Shown: one piece after another, positions 11,901 to 24,900 of the stretch
Numbering within the stretch: the first letter of the stretch is position 1
How the letters are laid out: each line of letters starts with the position of its first letter
Origin: Balanoglossus misakiensis
Taxonomy: Eukaryota; Animalia; Hemichordata
Length of the DNA: 64,000 nt
Assembly (NCBI GenBank): GCA_040954595.2
Contig: CM082577.2
Location: 5,568,301-5,632,300 of the forward strand
Reading direction: 5' to 3'
Position numbers and translations under genes: made by a program
Notes under the pieces: generated by a model
Told to the model about the DNA's origin: nothing
Database searches by the model: none
The model's input: only the letters and a program-made list of their open reading frames with translations

Positions 11901-14900
11901 GTGGAAAGGAAGACATGGGACGATTTGCAGGACAGCATGAGTGGCACCAGATACAGAAACCAAGTGAAAAACATGAAGGTAGGGGAGTGGTTATGATTGG
12001 AATTTCTTCATGGATAGCTATCACTCTTACTGCTCGTAGCTTCCACTCACATAGCTTTCACTCTTACTGCTCATAGCTTTCACTCACATAGCTTTCACTC
12101 TCACTTGCTCATAGCTTTCACTCTTACTGCTCATGGCCTGGACTATTAGGTTTAGGCAGTACCAGTTATGTTGCAAACTTTCCTGTTTTGATGAATTTTC
12201 TGATTATGGTATCACATCGGTAATTTGTTAATTTGAATGTTCCCCAACATTAGCTGTGTGGACTGCGTGACCTGTTTTACCTTATGGAAGGATCCGTTTA
12301 TGACATGAAAACCAAGCCCACTCCCGAACAACAGATAAGACTGCAGGTTAGTACACAATTACCAATCTGTAGTGAATTGAAATTGAGTTGGAAGGGCATT
12401 CTATGGATCTGCCATTCATTCACGAACCAGTGCAAACAAGGTTCTCCGTTCATGGGTACTGAGATTTCATGACACTTCAAAAACTCTGCAATAAGTGTTA
12501 TGTTCAAATTGATGATTAGTACCAAGATGTTGTTTTCTTTACAGAATGAACTGCTGCGACTGCAAGTCAGGGATGGCTTGTTGGTCAATTACACCGGTTC
12601 TTGGTTGAAGACAGTGCAGTGGCTGCTGCAACTTACTACCATGGTAACAGGTCTTCACGATTCAGGTAAGTGATCTAAGAACCTGTTGTTTTTATAATTC
12701 TGGGCAAATATGATATTTCAGTATGATCAATTATGATGATCAATTTTGTAGGGGTCAACAACAACCTGATGAGCTTTGCAGACTTGGATGATTTGGTGAA
12801 GACAAATCGACGTCTACATCCACAGGATGATCAGCAAATGAAATCAGGTGGGTTTTTTGATATTATACTAATAGGACCTAGTAGGAGTTTAACTTGTCCA
12901 CAGGGACTTGCAGACTGGGGTCCATCCCACATACTCTGTCATACTGTTTAATTTGTATTTTGATGTACTCAACTTAAGTATTTTAGTTTATGAGGAAACA
13001 CAGCATACTTGCTTAAAATTGCCAGTGAATGGCTACAAAGATAATTTGTGTCCTTTTTGTGTTTTTTTGCAGGCACAGTTTATAAGTTGCAAGGCAAACA
13101 TTTTGTGGATATGATATTCAGGTAATGTTTTCTCAGTTTTCTTTTGGTACAGCTTTTTCCCATTATAAATAAAATAGGGAACTGAAGACCATTGGCAATG
13201 GTCATTAAAAGGGGATCAATTTGTTGTGCATGCACCTTCGCATTTATTTCAGTTAATGTCATTTTCAACAAGTGTGTTTAAAAAAGGTTTCTTCATTATC
13301 ACATTCAGTGATTTTCAGAATGAAGTAAAATTTACAGACGCGGTGAGAGCTGACATTCAGAGTGTACCGATGAGACAACGTGAGCGGAGAAATCGGTCTC
13401 TTCTTGTCATTGAGAATCTACGCGAGTATAACAAGGTGAGGATGGACAATACAGAAATTTTGTTTCTGCTATTGTGACAACACATTTTATGATAATAGCC
13501 TTCTGGATTTCATTCAGTACATGTACTTCTGTGATGATTTCTGTCTCACTTGCATATTGGTTATCATCTCCTTCTACACTGCAAAATAAAGTCAGCACAA
13601 GATTTTGGCCTGCAGTCATTGTTAATATCAAATTTGATTTGTCTTTATACAGGAAAGACAACGATTACTCGACAGAGCTTTGGCTTCCTACATCAACCAA
13701 CCCATGCCGGGCATTCCTGCACATGGTAAGTCCGATATGTACTTCGTTTTTTTTTCTTGATGAGCCAGGTCACTGCCAAATCTAATGTCTCAAATCAGTG
13801 TACATGCGGCCTTATGTTTGTGGATGCTGCTCCATAGACTACATGTACATGTATCTATAATGGTTGCTCCTAATAAATATGGAAGGAGGAGAGATATTTC
13901 ACCAAATGCCCAGGACCCTGTACATGTGTACTTGCCACTTTAACTTATGTATGTTTTCTTCATTTTTGACAGAAATTGTGGAGAACGAACTGACAGGGTC
14001 CGTTCTTGAGCTGGTTCACTTTGATGCATTTACATACTGGCAATTATGGCTACAGGTAAGCTCATGTCTATTTTAATATAGCACCATATTCTCCCCAGAT
14101 GTCTGACAATGAAAGAGCCCAGTGCTGTGATACTGACAGTGACCCCTAAACTTGCAATCATAGACAGTTGTACTACACTGGGAAATCTTTCAGTTTTTCT
14201 GATCAGGCATCCTCAGTTGATCTAACTGCTCTCTTTCCCAGGTTCACATTGGTGTGTACGTTTGTAGGACAGAAGCAGCAGATGAAACTCAGAAAGTTCA
14301 GAGGTTGTTTGAAGAACATTACAGAACAGGTAAATAATACATGATGAAATGTCCGACTTGGTCTCTCTCATCATCATGCCAACTCTATAAACTACAACAT
14401 GTTTTCCACTTTCTGACCTGATTATTGTATTTGTTCCTTTCACTATGTGCCAGGTCCGACAAGAACATATCCTCATCCAGGTCCAGATGGTAGAGATGAC
14501 GGTGGCGATGACGGTAATGATGCCCATGATGGTGGTGATGGGAACAGAAGGGGGAGATCCCCAACACATTGGAGGAATCATAGAAGAGGGAGAAATCCCT
14601 CAACTTCAAGAACAGATGAGTCTCATCACCAAGAGCAGATTCCTCACATTGCCAATGTGGCCGACGTCACTGGTGACTTAAGTATCCATGGCAACCAAGA
14701 TGATGGTACATTTGATATGGAAGACTTTGCAGCTGATTCACAGTCAGAAGATGCCATGTTACAGCAGGTATTTATTTGCTCTTTACCAATTTACCCTTTA
14801 CATGGTGTGTTTCAGAATTACAGTTCTACCAATGAAAGAACAGAAATGATATTTGCAGGAAAGATTGTCTTTAGTAGGAAGTAGTATACATGTAGTATAA

Positions 14901-17900
14901 TGGCAATACGACAATCAAGCTTGTAAGTTTTTTTGTCTGTTGAATGTGTTTGGATGTGCCTTGCAGAATCAGCATTTTTGACCGAAATATTTCTCCATTT
15001 TTGTGTCCCAGAATGCTCTCACTTGCTCAGTTAATTGCAGTAGTACTAATTTTGCTATGTCTTGTCTGTAGGTAATGGCACTGAGTGCTCAAACAAGTAT
15101 ATCAACCGTGCACGAGGATGATGAGCAGGTGCAGTTAGCTCTTGAAATCAGCAGAGAAGAAAGCAGGTCAGCCCAGAAAAAACAGAGGAGAAGGACAGGT
15201 GATCAGGCTGGGCTGGAGAGTGGGAGAGTGCTAGATGAGATTCCGAGATCTAGGCCTGTGGCTGAACCACTGATGGCAAGAGAGGTGGCAGGGAGTTCAG
15301 GGCTTGGTCCTCGAAGAAGCACCGGCACGCCAACTAAGCAGGGCACACCACGGAAAAGAAGTGTTTCAGACAATGCAACGATGTCGCCACCCGGTCAAAC
15401 GCTACAAACTGGGTCGTCTCCAGATTGTGGTCAAAGGTCAAAGAGTGCAAGGAAACAGGGCAGGAAGGAGGGAAGGCAGGCTGAACCCAGTTCCCGTCAG
15501 GAAGGGAGGGATAAAGACGCAAGGGTTGGCGACTCGGAGGATGAAGACTTGAAGCGGGCACTGCAACTCAGTCTGGAAGAAAGTCGAAAAGCTGCGTCCG
15601 AGGGAACAGGGAAAAGTGAGAGTGCGGAAGATGAAGATCTGAAGAGAGCGATAGAGTTGAGCCTGAAGGAGAGCCAGATGTCCACAGACGATGTGGTTAC
15701 ACGGCAGAAGGAAAATTTGGCAGCATCATGTAAGAGCCACATGAACACGCATGGTAAGGAGATATTGGCACATGATAAGAGCATGAGTGAAACTGACACA
15801 GCATGTGACGGGGTTGTGATTGAACAGGACAGTGATGACACACTCGATGATGTTCCCATGCAAAGCCTTGACGACTCGATGGACCTAGAGAGTGACAGGC
15901 ATCACAGAATTACTGAAGATGTGTACGCAGGAAACAGCACGGCCCCGGAACCTGCATCGAGCAGACTAAGTCATGCGACAGCATCCAGCATTGTGGGAAC
16001 AGCACGTGATCTGGCAAATAAACCAGACTGCGATTGCAGAGACGGATCTGCAAGCAACAACAGTGTGAAGACTAGAGAGAGCAGTGTTTGTCAGTTATCG
16101 TCCGACTGTGTCAAGTCCAAGGATCCTGGATTCACCCAAACTGATAGTGACAAATCAGTAGCAGAGAAAATATCCAAAGAAGATATGCCATCCCAGCTAC
16201 CTGATACAGTCTGTGTATCTTCACAAGTTTGTAATGGGGCAAATTCTGGCGCTGTTGAATTAAAGACTTGTGCATTAGAGTCACCAGTAGATGAAAACCA
16301 CAATATGATGTCTATGAAGGCAGTACCTGAACAAGAGAACTTTGATGCTGAAACCATGTCCTATAATTTCAACTTTTCTGATCCTGAAGAGGAGATAAGC
16401 GATGGTGTTAATGAGGATACAGAGAAAGATTTCAAGAGAGAGACAGGATTGACTGTGCAGGAAACTGAAAAATCCATCCAGCCTGAAAACACCATCTTGC
16501 CCAGTTCAACATCAACACAGTCAAAGTTTAGTCATGAGCTTGACAACAACTGCCAAGAATCTCTGAAAATTACACCTGGTGATAGTGCCAGGTCATGCAA
16601 GACAGATATCAGTGTCAGCGTCGACCAAACCACTCCTTCCTCCTTGACCAGAAACCACAGTGCCAACAGATCTCTAGATGATCACCCCGTGGATGATGCC
16701 ATTGATCTGACTGATTCGCAAGAGTCTGAAATCGATCTGACCAGGTCGCAGGGACTTTCTGATTCCCAAGAGTCTTTGTATGTGTGTGACGGTGATGATT
16801 TCATTCCGGTTATCTCAAAAGAGGAGAATCCTGACAATGCGAGGAAGGAGAGCGTCACTGAAGACTGTCTGTTCAGTTTGCTTGAATCATCACATGACGG
16901 AGGAGATAGCACAGGTCAATCAGCGGTCGTGACAAAGCCACAGGACAAGAATGGAAGCAGGGTCAATGTTGTCACGTCTAGACGACAGAACAGGAATGGA
17001 TCTCCAAGAGGCGGAGGGGAGAATGTTGACAGTGTGAAATGTGGAGGAGATTCGGGAAACGGCGGAGAAGATGCTGAACTGGCCAGGATTTTGCAGATGA
17101 GTAGAGAAGAATATGAGATACACCAACGACAGGGGAGAGGAGAGGTGTGGACCGACAGAAGAGATGACACCACAGGAAATAAGAGACAGCGTCTTTCAGA
17201 CGAAGAACTTGCGAGGCAGTTACAGAGACAATATGAGCAAGAGGCAAGTCAGACTCCACGAAGAACCGAGATCCCAGCATCGGATCGTGTCCCGTGGCAA
17301 GACATCATCACTGCCGCAGCCAGCAGGGATTACAACAGATCGAACACCAGGGCGTCGCCTATGAATGCTGCACCACATGCTGCAAGTCCAACGGCCACCA
17401 AGAGACGTGGAGCTGACGATGATGAGTGGACGGCCAAGAAGCAAAAAGTGGAAGAAGAAAAGGACTTTGAGATTGCCCTGCGCTATCACGCTTTTATTAA
17501 CGACAAAGGAAGTAACAGCTGTGATGAGGATTTTGGGAAAAAGAAGACATTGAATAAGCCAACTCCGAGCAAATCAAAACAAGCTTCTATCAACCTACAG
17601 AAGCAGGTAATACACATGTACTAGTATTTCCAAAAGAATCAAATTCCACATAGATATAGATTGGGTGGGGGAAATTGTCAGTTTTCTGAAAGGTGTCTTG
17701 CTATTGGTATATTATTAGTAAATAAGTATATTATTGGTATATCCAGTTTTGATACATTTTGGCAATCATATATGGTATGTATTCATTGAACATCTTTATC
17801 TGAATTCCTCTTGCAGCTGGAAGAATACAGGAAACAGATGCGAGAACAAAAAGGTCAAAGAAACCATGGCAACATGCCAGACAAATCAGGTAACAAGTTA

Positions 17901-19509
17901 AAATGATAAAAAAAATTGGGTTTGCCTGAGGGGATTCATTTTAGTTTTTCATGGTGGTCTAATGAATGGTCAAGGTGCTTATTGTGTTTGGATTAGTGAT
18001 CATGTGTCCTTTACCACCAGGTGGACTTCTCATTATCTTTGCATAATTGATACTTCTCGGAGGTGTTTGACAGGACAGATAAATTTCCGTGTGTACTCGT
18101 GTCATGTTTATCTTGAGACTGAAGATGCTGGGTTGAATGTATTTCATTTCTGTTACACGATCAGTAAGTTCACCTATGGCCACGACCGGACCAGTTGCCA
18201 GGAACCACCACACCAGGCCATCAGCCACAGTGCTACCGAGGACATCAACGTCGAGGGTGGCTACTCCATCCAGGGTCCTGAACACGTCATCCTCCCTGTC
18301 ACCAAGACTGTCAACACCTTCAACAGGCATGTCACCAGCAAGGTCTTCAGTGACCTCTGCGTCGCCAAGACCCGGGCTGTGGTCACTGTCACACACTGTC
18401 CCAGTTGCCAGTATTGACCTCAGTGATGATGATGATGATGATGATTTGCCAGATGTGTCTCAGTGGTGAGTGTTTACTTCTACTGGAATTTTTCTGGGAA
18501 CTTGAACTTAGCTCATTAGTATTTACCAACAGTGGACAGACTGAACAAGTGTCCATGTGTCAGTTTTGGGCATTTCACATCAATGGTTTCTGATACTTCA
18601 TAGGAAATGTTTTGAAGCATTAGCTATAAGATTTCAGAGGCCAAAATGGAGATTGAAAGATTAACCTATTCACACCCTCAACTTTTCTTATACCTGACAG
18701 CTTTGGTAAAATGCCTTCCTCCGCATTCAGTTCTTTGCCATCCTCAGTGTCTAGTTTCCATCTATCATCATCGATGTCGTCACCAGCAACATCCGCACCT
18801 CACTGCAGCAGCACTTGGTCTCCTCCAAAGAGAACAGCCAGCCCTCCTCCCCCACAAGTCCAGCAGGTGAACAGACAAGCCAACATGACCTGCGGGAATT
18901 GCCACCAGAAAGGCCACAACAGAACCAGCAAATCATGCCCTCAGTACTTCTCGGAATCCGAGGTAGCCAGGCGGAAGGTAAGGAAAAGTATTTAAATGCA
19001 CAAACAAATGCTTATAGTTGGTGGTAAAGGGTCATATAGACATTGCTGGACCACCCTCAAAGGACTGAATCTGTTTTACATAGAACATTGCATTAGTCTG
19101 TGTGATGCTCTAGACCTATTGCTCACACTATATGAATTTTCATAGGGAGGGGGATTTACTTTGTATATTTTTTAACGTATTCATGTATGATATTACTTTG
19201 CAAATTACAGGAGAGAGCTGATAAGATAGAGCGTGAAAAAGAAGAAGAAAGACAAAAATTGGAGAGAGTGTTGACAAGGCTGGTAGGTTGTTTGTTTGTT
19301 TGTTTGTTTATTTGTTTGCTGTTTTCTAAAGACATTTACAAGAATAGTGTGTTGATCTCGTGAAAACATTTATTTGTTGATTTCAGAGAGAGAATGATGA
19401 GCAAGTCCAACAATTCAAGGAGCAGGTTCTGAGGAATTGTGACAGTTTAAGACTGACTTCACTGGTGGAAGAAGTGAACAAGATGAAGAAGAAGAAACGG
19501 AAGAGATAG
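8935..19509 (+). CDS. MUS81-family (XPF/ERCC4) structure-specific endonuclease-like protein with B-box, winged helix, EME1-like segment, UIM/SIM array and zinc knuckle; 25 exons, ~1988 aa
   Basis: Exons 8935-9209, 9401-9612, 9725-10105, 10277-10317, 10565-10605, 10773-10873, 11011-11095, 11355-11468, 11584-11782, 11886-11978, 12254-12346, 12545-12665, 12752-12847, 13073-13121, 13309-13435, 13653-13725, 13973-14055, 14242-14329, 14454-14767, 15072-17606, 17817-17889, 18165-18465, 18701-18977, 19211-19282, 19387-19509. Total 5967 nt, open and phase-consistent. ERCC4 motifs: LIDHHE, PVGDFLWV, VVERKTWDDL, RYRNQ, LFYLMEG, LQVRDG. MUS81-like winged helix YTPK..APFALLVALY..RYALQEAGKPLA. C-terminal KKKKRKR NLS. 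Confidence 0.85.
12015..12133. repeat. Intronic minisatellite with alternating 22- and 15-bp units
   Basis: TAGCTTTCACTCTTACTGCTCA and TAGCTTTCACTCACA units, about 6 in total. Confidence 0.85.
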
Positions 19510-21904
19510 CTTCCAACAAACTTGAGTTTTGCACTTGAAAAACAAAGAATTTTATATCATGCAACTCACTGCCAAACCATTTTATTCATGATCTCATTTA
19601 TGTTTAAAGTTGACTTGTTATGTACTTTATTATAGCATGCATTTTATTATAAAAAAAAAAAACGAACTGGAAACGTAGAGCTTCTTCACCTTGTGTTTGG
19701 TCGTGTGTATGTATATGTGCTTGTATGTGTACATCCATGTATGTGTCTGTCTGTGTGTACATTGCCGACTGAAAAACAGCAGCAAAGATTATCTGAGCAT
19801 CTCTATAACCCCAAAGCATTGATCTGGACATTCAATCCCCCAAAAATTCTGGGTGGTTCATTATCTCGGTGGTAGAACATCCAAAAAATGTCAGGATGCT
19901 GTTCAGGTCATGTCCAAGGTTCCAGTGCAATATCTTATAAATCCTTCCAACTTCCAATATAATTTACCCACACAGTAAATATAAAGGCAGCGTGTCCCCT
20001 AAGGAGTACCCTGACTTTAGCTAAAACTTGTGATGCAGACAGTTATTTTTCTTATACATTTATTTTCAAGTATACAAAGCTAAACGACTGACGCTAGCCA
20101 GCTATATCGCCTCCTATAAGGACGCCCTCGACCATTGTTCGTAATCTATACTTTTGTTTTTATTGATTGCTGTACTTTTTGTTTTTCTTCCGTACATCTT
20201 GCAAGGTTTGTCCCTAAAGTTTCATATAATATTCATATTAAACTCGGTCAGTCTGCCGTGCATTTAGAGAAAGAAGGGAGAGGTATTTTTACAGTATGAA
20301 AACCCAGTTTCAGTCTTCAAGTTGAGTCTCCAGATATTCTTTACTGGAAGATAAGTACTTCGACTGTAACAACTAAACCAGTAGACATGCATTGTTTGTA
20401 AGATTATCACACATCAATTTAAAATTGATCTCATATTCACATATTATTCATATATAGTGTTAATTACATGTAGATTGCTACAACACAAACTGAAGTCATC
20501 GAAAAAAACACAGGACACCGCCAGCGTCCTGTATAAATTATTTATCACTTTAAATACACACTTGCACCTGTGCATTGAAGGATCACAGGAAACACTGACA
20601 TGGTAATATTATTATATTGATAAAAAATACCAATAATATGAGGAAAGAAGCCAACAAGCGTGACCGATCCTAGATTTATTTTTTCCCATATGTACGTTGC
20701 TCATATCGTTGGCCGCAGCGCACACGGTGACGTGGAAAAACGCCCATTGGCAACAATTTAATTATTTATCAGGTTACATTATGCGTTGACAATGACGGCA
20801 ATTTCTTTCGTCCCCGGCTAATTACAGTGTTTCCTAAAACACGACTGTGAAAATATCAATACCTTGTTTCAGTAATTGATTAACGGGACTGCCCGTATTT
20901 GATCACGCCCCATTGCGCCGAGGTGCCAGCCGCATTGATAATGTATGTCAACAACAACATAAACGGCGTTCGTCGCCCTTGGTTACAAATTTGCATAATA
21001 CAGCGTACTGCCACCATTCATCGAACGGTGAGCGGTGGAACAACTTTTCTTCCTGTACATAACCCCAGCTCGGGTCTTATTCTGTTCCATGTCCTTCCCG
21101 AACCCTGGGTCTATTCATCCCTGTAGTTCAACAGTGTCAAAATATACCCATGTCAGTAGAGGTGAGTCCATTCATTTAAAATGTCAGTCAACCAGTGACT
21201 ATTTTGAGGTATATTATAAAAACTACTGTCAACAGTTTACATGTTTGCCGAAGTTGACCACACTTGTGAATGCAATGCAATGTAATGGCGGATGTAGCCT
21301 TTGACAACCCGACGGGCGCTCCAATTTGGCGGCTAATTAGGATATGGACAGTGTTGACAGCCGCATTAGACCCTGTTTGTAGCCTGGCTCAGATTTTTCG
21401 AAAATGTGTTTATTAAACTTAACTTGCGATCCGATCTTGGCAGTAAAGACGTCGAAAATATCGAAGTTGCCGAGCAACATTCTCGGACTATTCGATGTGA
21501 CATTCCCACGGCGTTTCAAGTTCACAGACAACAGTCCTCTCGTTGCATTTGCAGTCTAATGAGAGTCGTGTGATATCTTATCGCCACTAAATGTGATAAT
21601 TGTGTGAATTGAAGCAAATATTTGTTTTGGTATAAATATTATTATTAGCTACCAGTACTGATACACCCTTATTCTTCTTTACAGTACCGTGCCCGAGTAA
21701 CTAGGTGCTTCCACATTTCGTAATTTATCCAGGATGATCCAAACCAAAGTTCTCTGAGGACACGCAATGTATCTGATAATGGGTTGTTAGTCTGGCAGTC
21801 TGGCACGATTTCTGTGCAGCCATAGGAACCGAGTGTCTGGCCTCAAACGTCAAAACATTGTACTTCAGCCTTCACTTCAGGGCGATTCCCGATCCCTGGC
21901 TGCG

Positions 21905-24900
21905 ATGAAGCACCCGTCTGAAAACACGGAGAACTTCGAGTTCAATCTCGGCAAGGCCCCGGAACTCCGGTGCGTCTACAACGAAGTGACGACTGTCTGT
22001 GGAGAGTGTGAATCGTGCAAGCTCGGTGCCAAACTGAACCACACCAAGGAGTGGTTCATGCGCGCCGGGGAGTACACAAAACGGAGATTCATCCTGGGAC
22101 TTGTGAGGCGCTTTCGTAGTCTGGACCTTCTGCAGTATGTCATCAGTTTGCTGCAGCCACTGCTGTACAAAGACTTCACGTATGCCCGGTCGCGGCCCAA
22201 CCCGGCATCCAAAGCCGACCAGGCCGATATGTGCGGCGACAGGGCCCTCCACTCGGGCTCTGTCGACCACGACATCACCGAAACCTGGCTGTGGTTCGCC
22301 AACTCCAAATACTGGACCAAAGCGAACTATTTGCTCGGAGTCATGCAGATGTCAGACGCCGAACTTTTATACATCATGGGCTCGCAGGCGAGAACGATGT
22401 TGAAAACGCAGCAGAAATCTCACCAGAAAGAATACCTAGATGGTACGTATACGTAATAATAAATTTGATTGCAGCAGACCAACACTCAATCATCCAGTGA
22501 GTCAAATAGCTATGTTGGTTTGGATGGAACATTTTTGGTGTATGATACCACAGTCACCAACCACACACATTCTATCTACATGTATTGCACAATGCAGTAC
22601 AACAGCATACCAAAAGTCAAGGACAGAAAATAACTTTTAGTTCCGCTTTACCAGGTGTTTTAAAAGCACTGCCATGGTTACTAACATTTCCACTCAGGTG
22701 TGTAGACACAAGCCCGGTAACTTGGCAACCAAATGATAAAGATCATGCGAGAAATAGCATATTTAATGAAAAAACACAGCAGTCAACCCTATTAATTAAG
22801 CAGACAGTTAAATTTAAAACACAACAAGCAAAAACAAACAAACACATTGGTACCACAAATTTAGTATTTTTGAAACACTGACATATTGGTAGATATGTTA
22901 ATTGGCAAACACATTGTCAGCATATGTGCATTGTGTTTGTTCTCCTATTGTCAATTTAGTTCTTCAGCACAGACATTCTGATAAGAGTGTCCTGGGCAGA
23001 GCCACAATGGTTATCAGTGAATACAACTGACAATCTATTGTGATTCATTGTCACAGAGGGTAAAACTTAATAAGGTGTCCGAGATCTGATGTTTGAGTAT
23101 ATTTAGGTAGACCCAGTGTCATTGTTAGAATACTTAGAGACAATTTAACTAAAGAGGTGAAATGTTACCAAAGAGTCATTTGGAAAAAGGAAAAACAGAG
23201 GGTGAAGATTGTGGAAATAACATTTTACATCCTAAGAAATGTTGAGGTAACATCATTTGTGAGGATGTCTTTTATAGTATGCATTAATTTCTCAGTTATT
23301 GTAGGTAAAGTCATGATGTAGGGTTGATTGACAAGGAGAGATTAAAACAAAAGAAATTGGCAAATAAGTGTTAATTTTCTCAATCAAGATGTGAATTGTC
23401 ACCACATCCCTGCCAAATTCCTAAATGCAATTAATGGTATTGTGTTCAAATAATGGAAAGGTTTACATTCTGGTGTTAGATAATAAATTTATTTTGAACA
23501 TTTTTGGCTATACACTTACAGACAGAAATATCTCTGAGTTTTCTTCTTTATAAATCTTTTTTTACTTCCTTTGTGTCTGGGATGATGTCATTTTGTCTGC
23601 CGGCATTGGCATAAAATCCTCATTCATTCTTTATGAATGTTCAGCCACACATATCAGATCCCGACAAACCGATAATGCGCTTTTTTAGACACACTAATAG
23701 CTTAGAAACCCTAATCCTATGGTAAATAGAGTTGTTGTCCGGAAAAAAACACGATAATAGGTCCAGCATCACACACCTTTGTCTCGTCTGTGAAAACGAA
23801 AACCGCCGTTGGATGTTTTATGAGTTCCTTGGAGTGTCCAAACCAACACTGTTACAGTCCGGTTGCACTGCATAGCTCATTGACTGCGTTGATTAGTTAC
23901 CATGGCAACATGGCTTCATCGGCATAAGCTGCCAATCCTGATATTGTTTAGAAGTGTCTTGCCGTCAGTGCGAGTCTATTAGTTGGGTTTGATCATGCGT
24001 CTCTCCGACAGATCTTGATTTGGATCATTGCATTTTTCTGTATTTGATTATTTGTAGTCAAATTGTCATGGGTTTTATCCTCCAGGTATTTGGTCTGGCT
24101 GTTTTAGTGGCTTCTTCTGTGCCCGGGTTGAGACCTGTCACAAGCCCTAGTTACAAGAACACCGGCAACATTTTCAAGTTGTTCTGTATTCAAGTAGAGA
24201 CATAGTCAACATGCAAAGAGAAAAGAAGGTGTTTATTTACGATCATTCATGACTTTTATTTGCAGTTGAGGTTTTTTTTCCAAGGATATCTCCAAGGAGT
24301 CAAATCATTGGTTCCAAATGTTTAGCCTGAACCTGAAATCTTGTTCTATTTTCTACTACATGTAGTTTTAATAATTCACAGATGGCTCAGTGGTAGTAGT
24401 CCTCATTATGGTAGAGTGTTGAAACAGAGAGAAACAGTGTTCCCATATAATTCCCTGTATGTTGCAGTTCTGCATTTAAGTACTTACAGAGTTAAAGTTT
24501 GTTGGTGTGTTTTCTGTCTGGCATTACCATGGTAGGGGTGCTCATGGCCAGCCCCAAGGGTGCATTGAACCATTACACAAGTGATTTAGAGGAACTATGC
24601 CTCCCAGGTTTACATTGAGTATTTGCTTCCCAGCATCACCCAAATAGCGACCAAAGCACAAGATGTTTGGTGAGGACTGGCAGAGAGGAGTGTTGTATTT
24701 GCGCATGCAAAATAGTTTCACGTAATGTTGCGCTGGCTGTTTTTACAGTTTGAGGAAACACTGTCGCCCAGAAACTGTCAATAAAGTGCAAATGTGAATT
24801 GGAATTCTCCACTGTCAAAGTTTAAACTTGGATCAAGTGAGAGTAAGGTACACGTAATTAATATGTTTTATTCATGACACCGACAGAAGAGATTAACCTG

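Noticed and set aside
15304-18417. Many alternative-frame and antisense ORFs over the large exons of the nuclease gene
   Set aside because: These are shadow ORFs of a long coding exon.
8935-19509. Calling the gene canonical MUS81
   Set aside because: It is about three times longer, has no visible C-terminal HhH2 and carries extra domains. Orthology needs a phylogeny, so no gene symbol was given.
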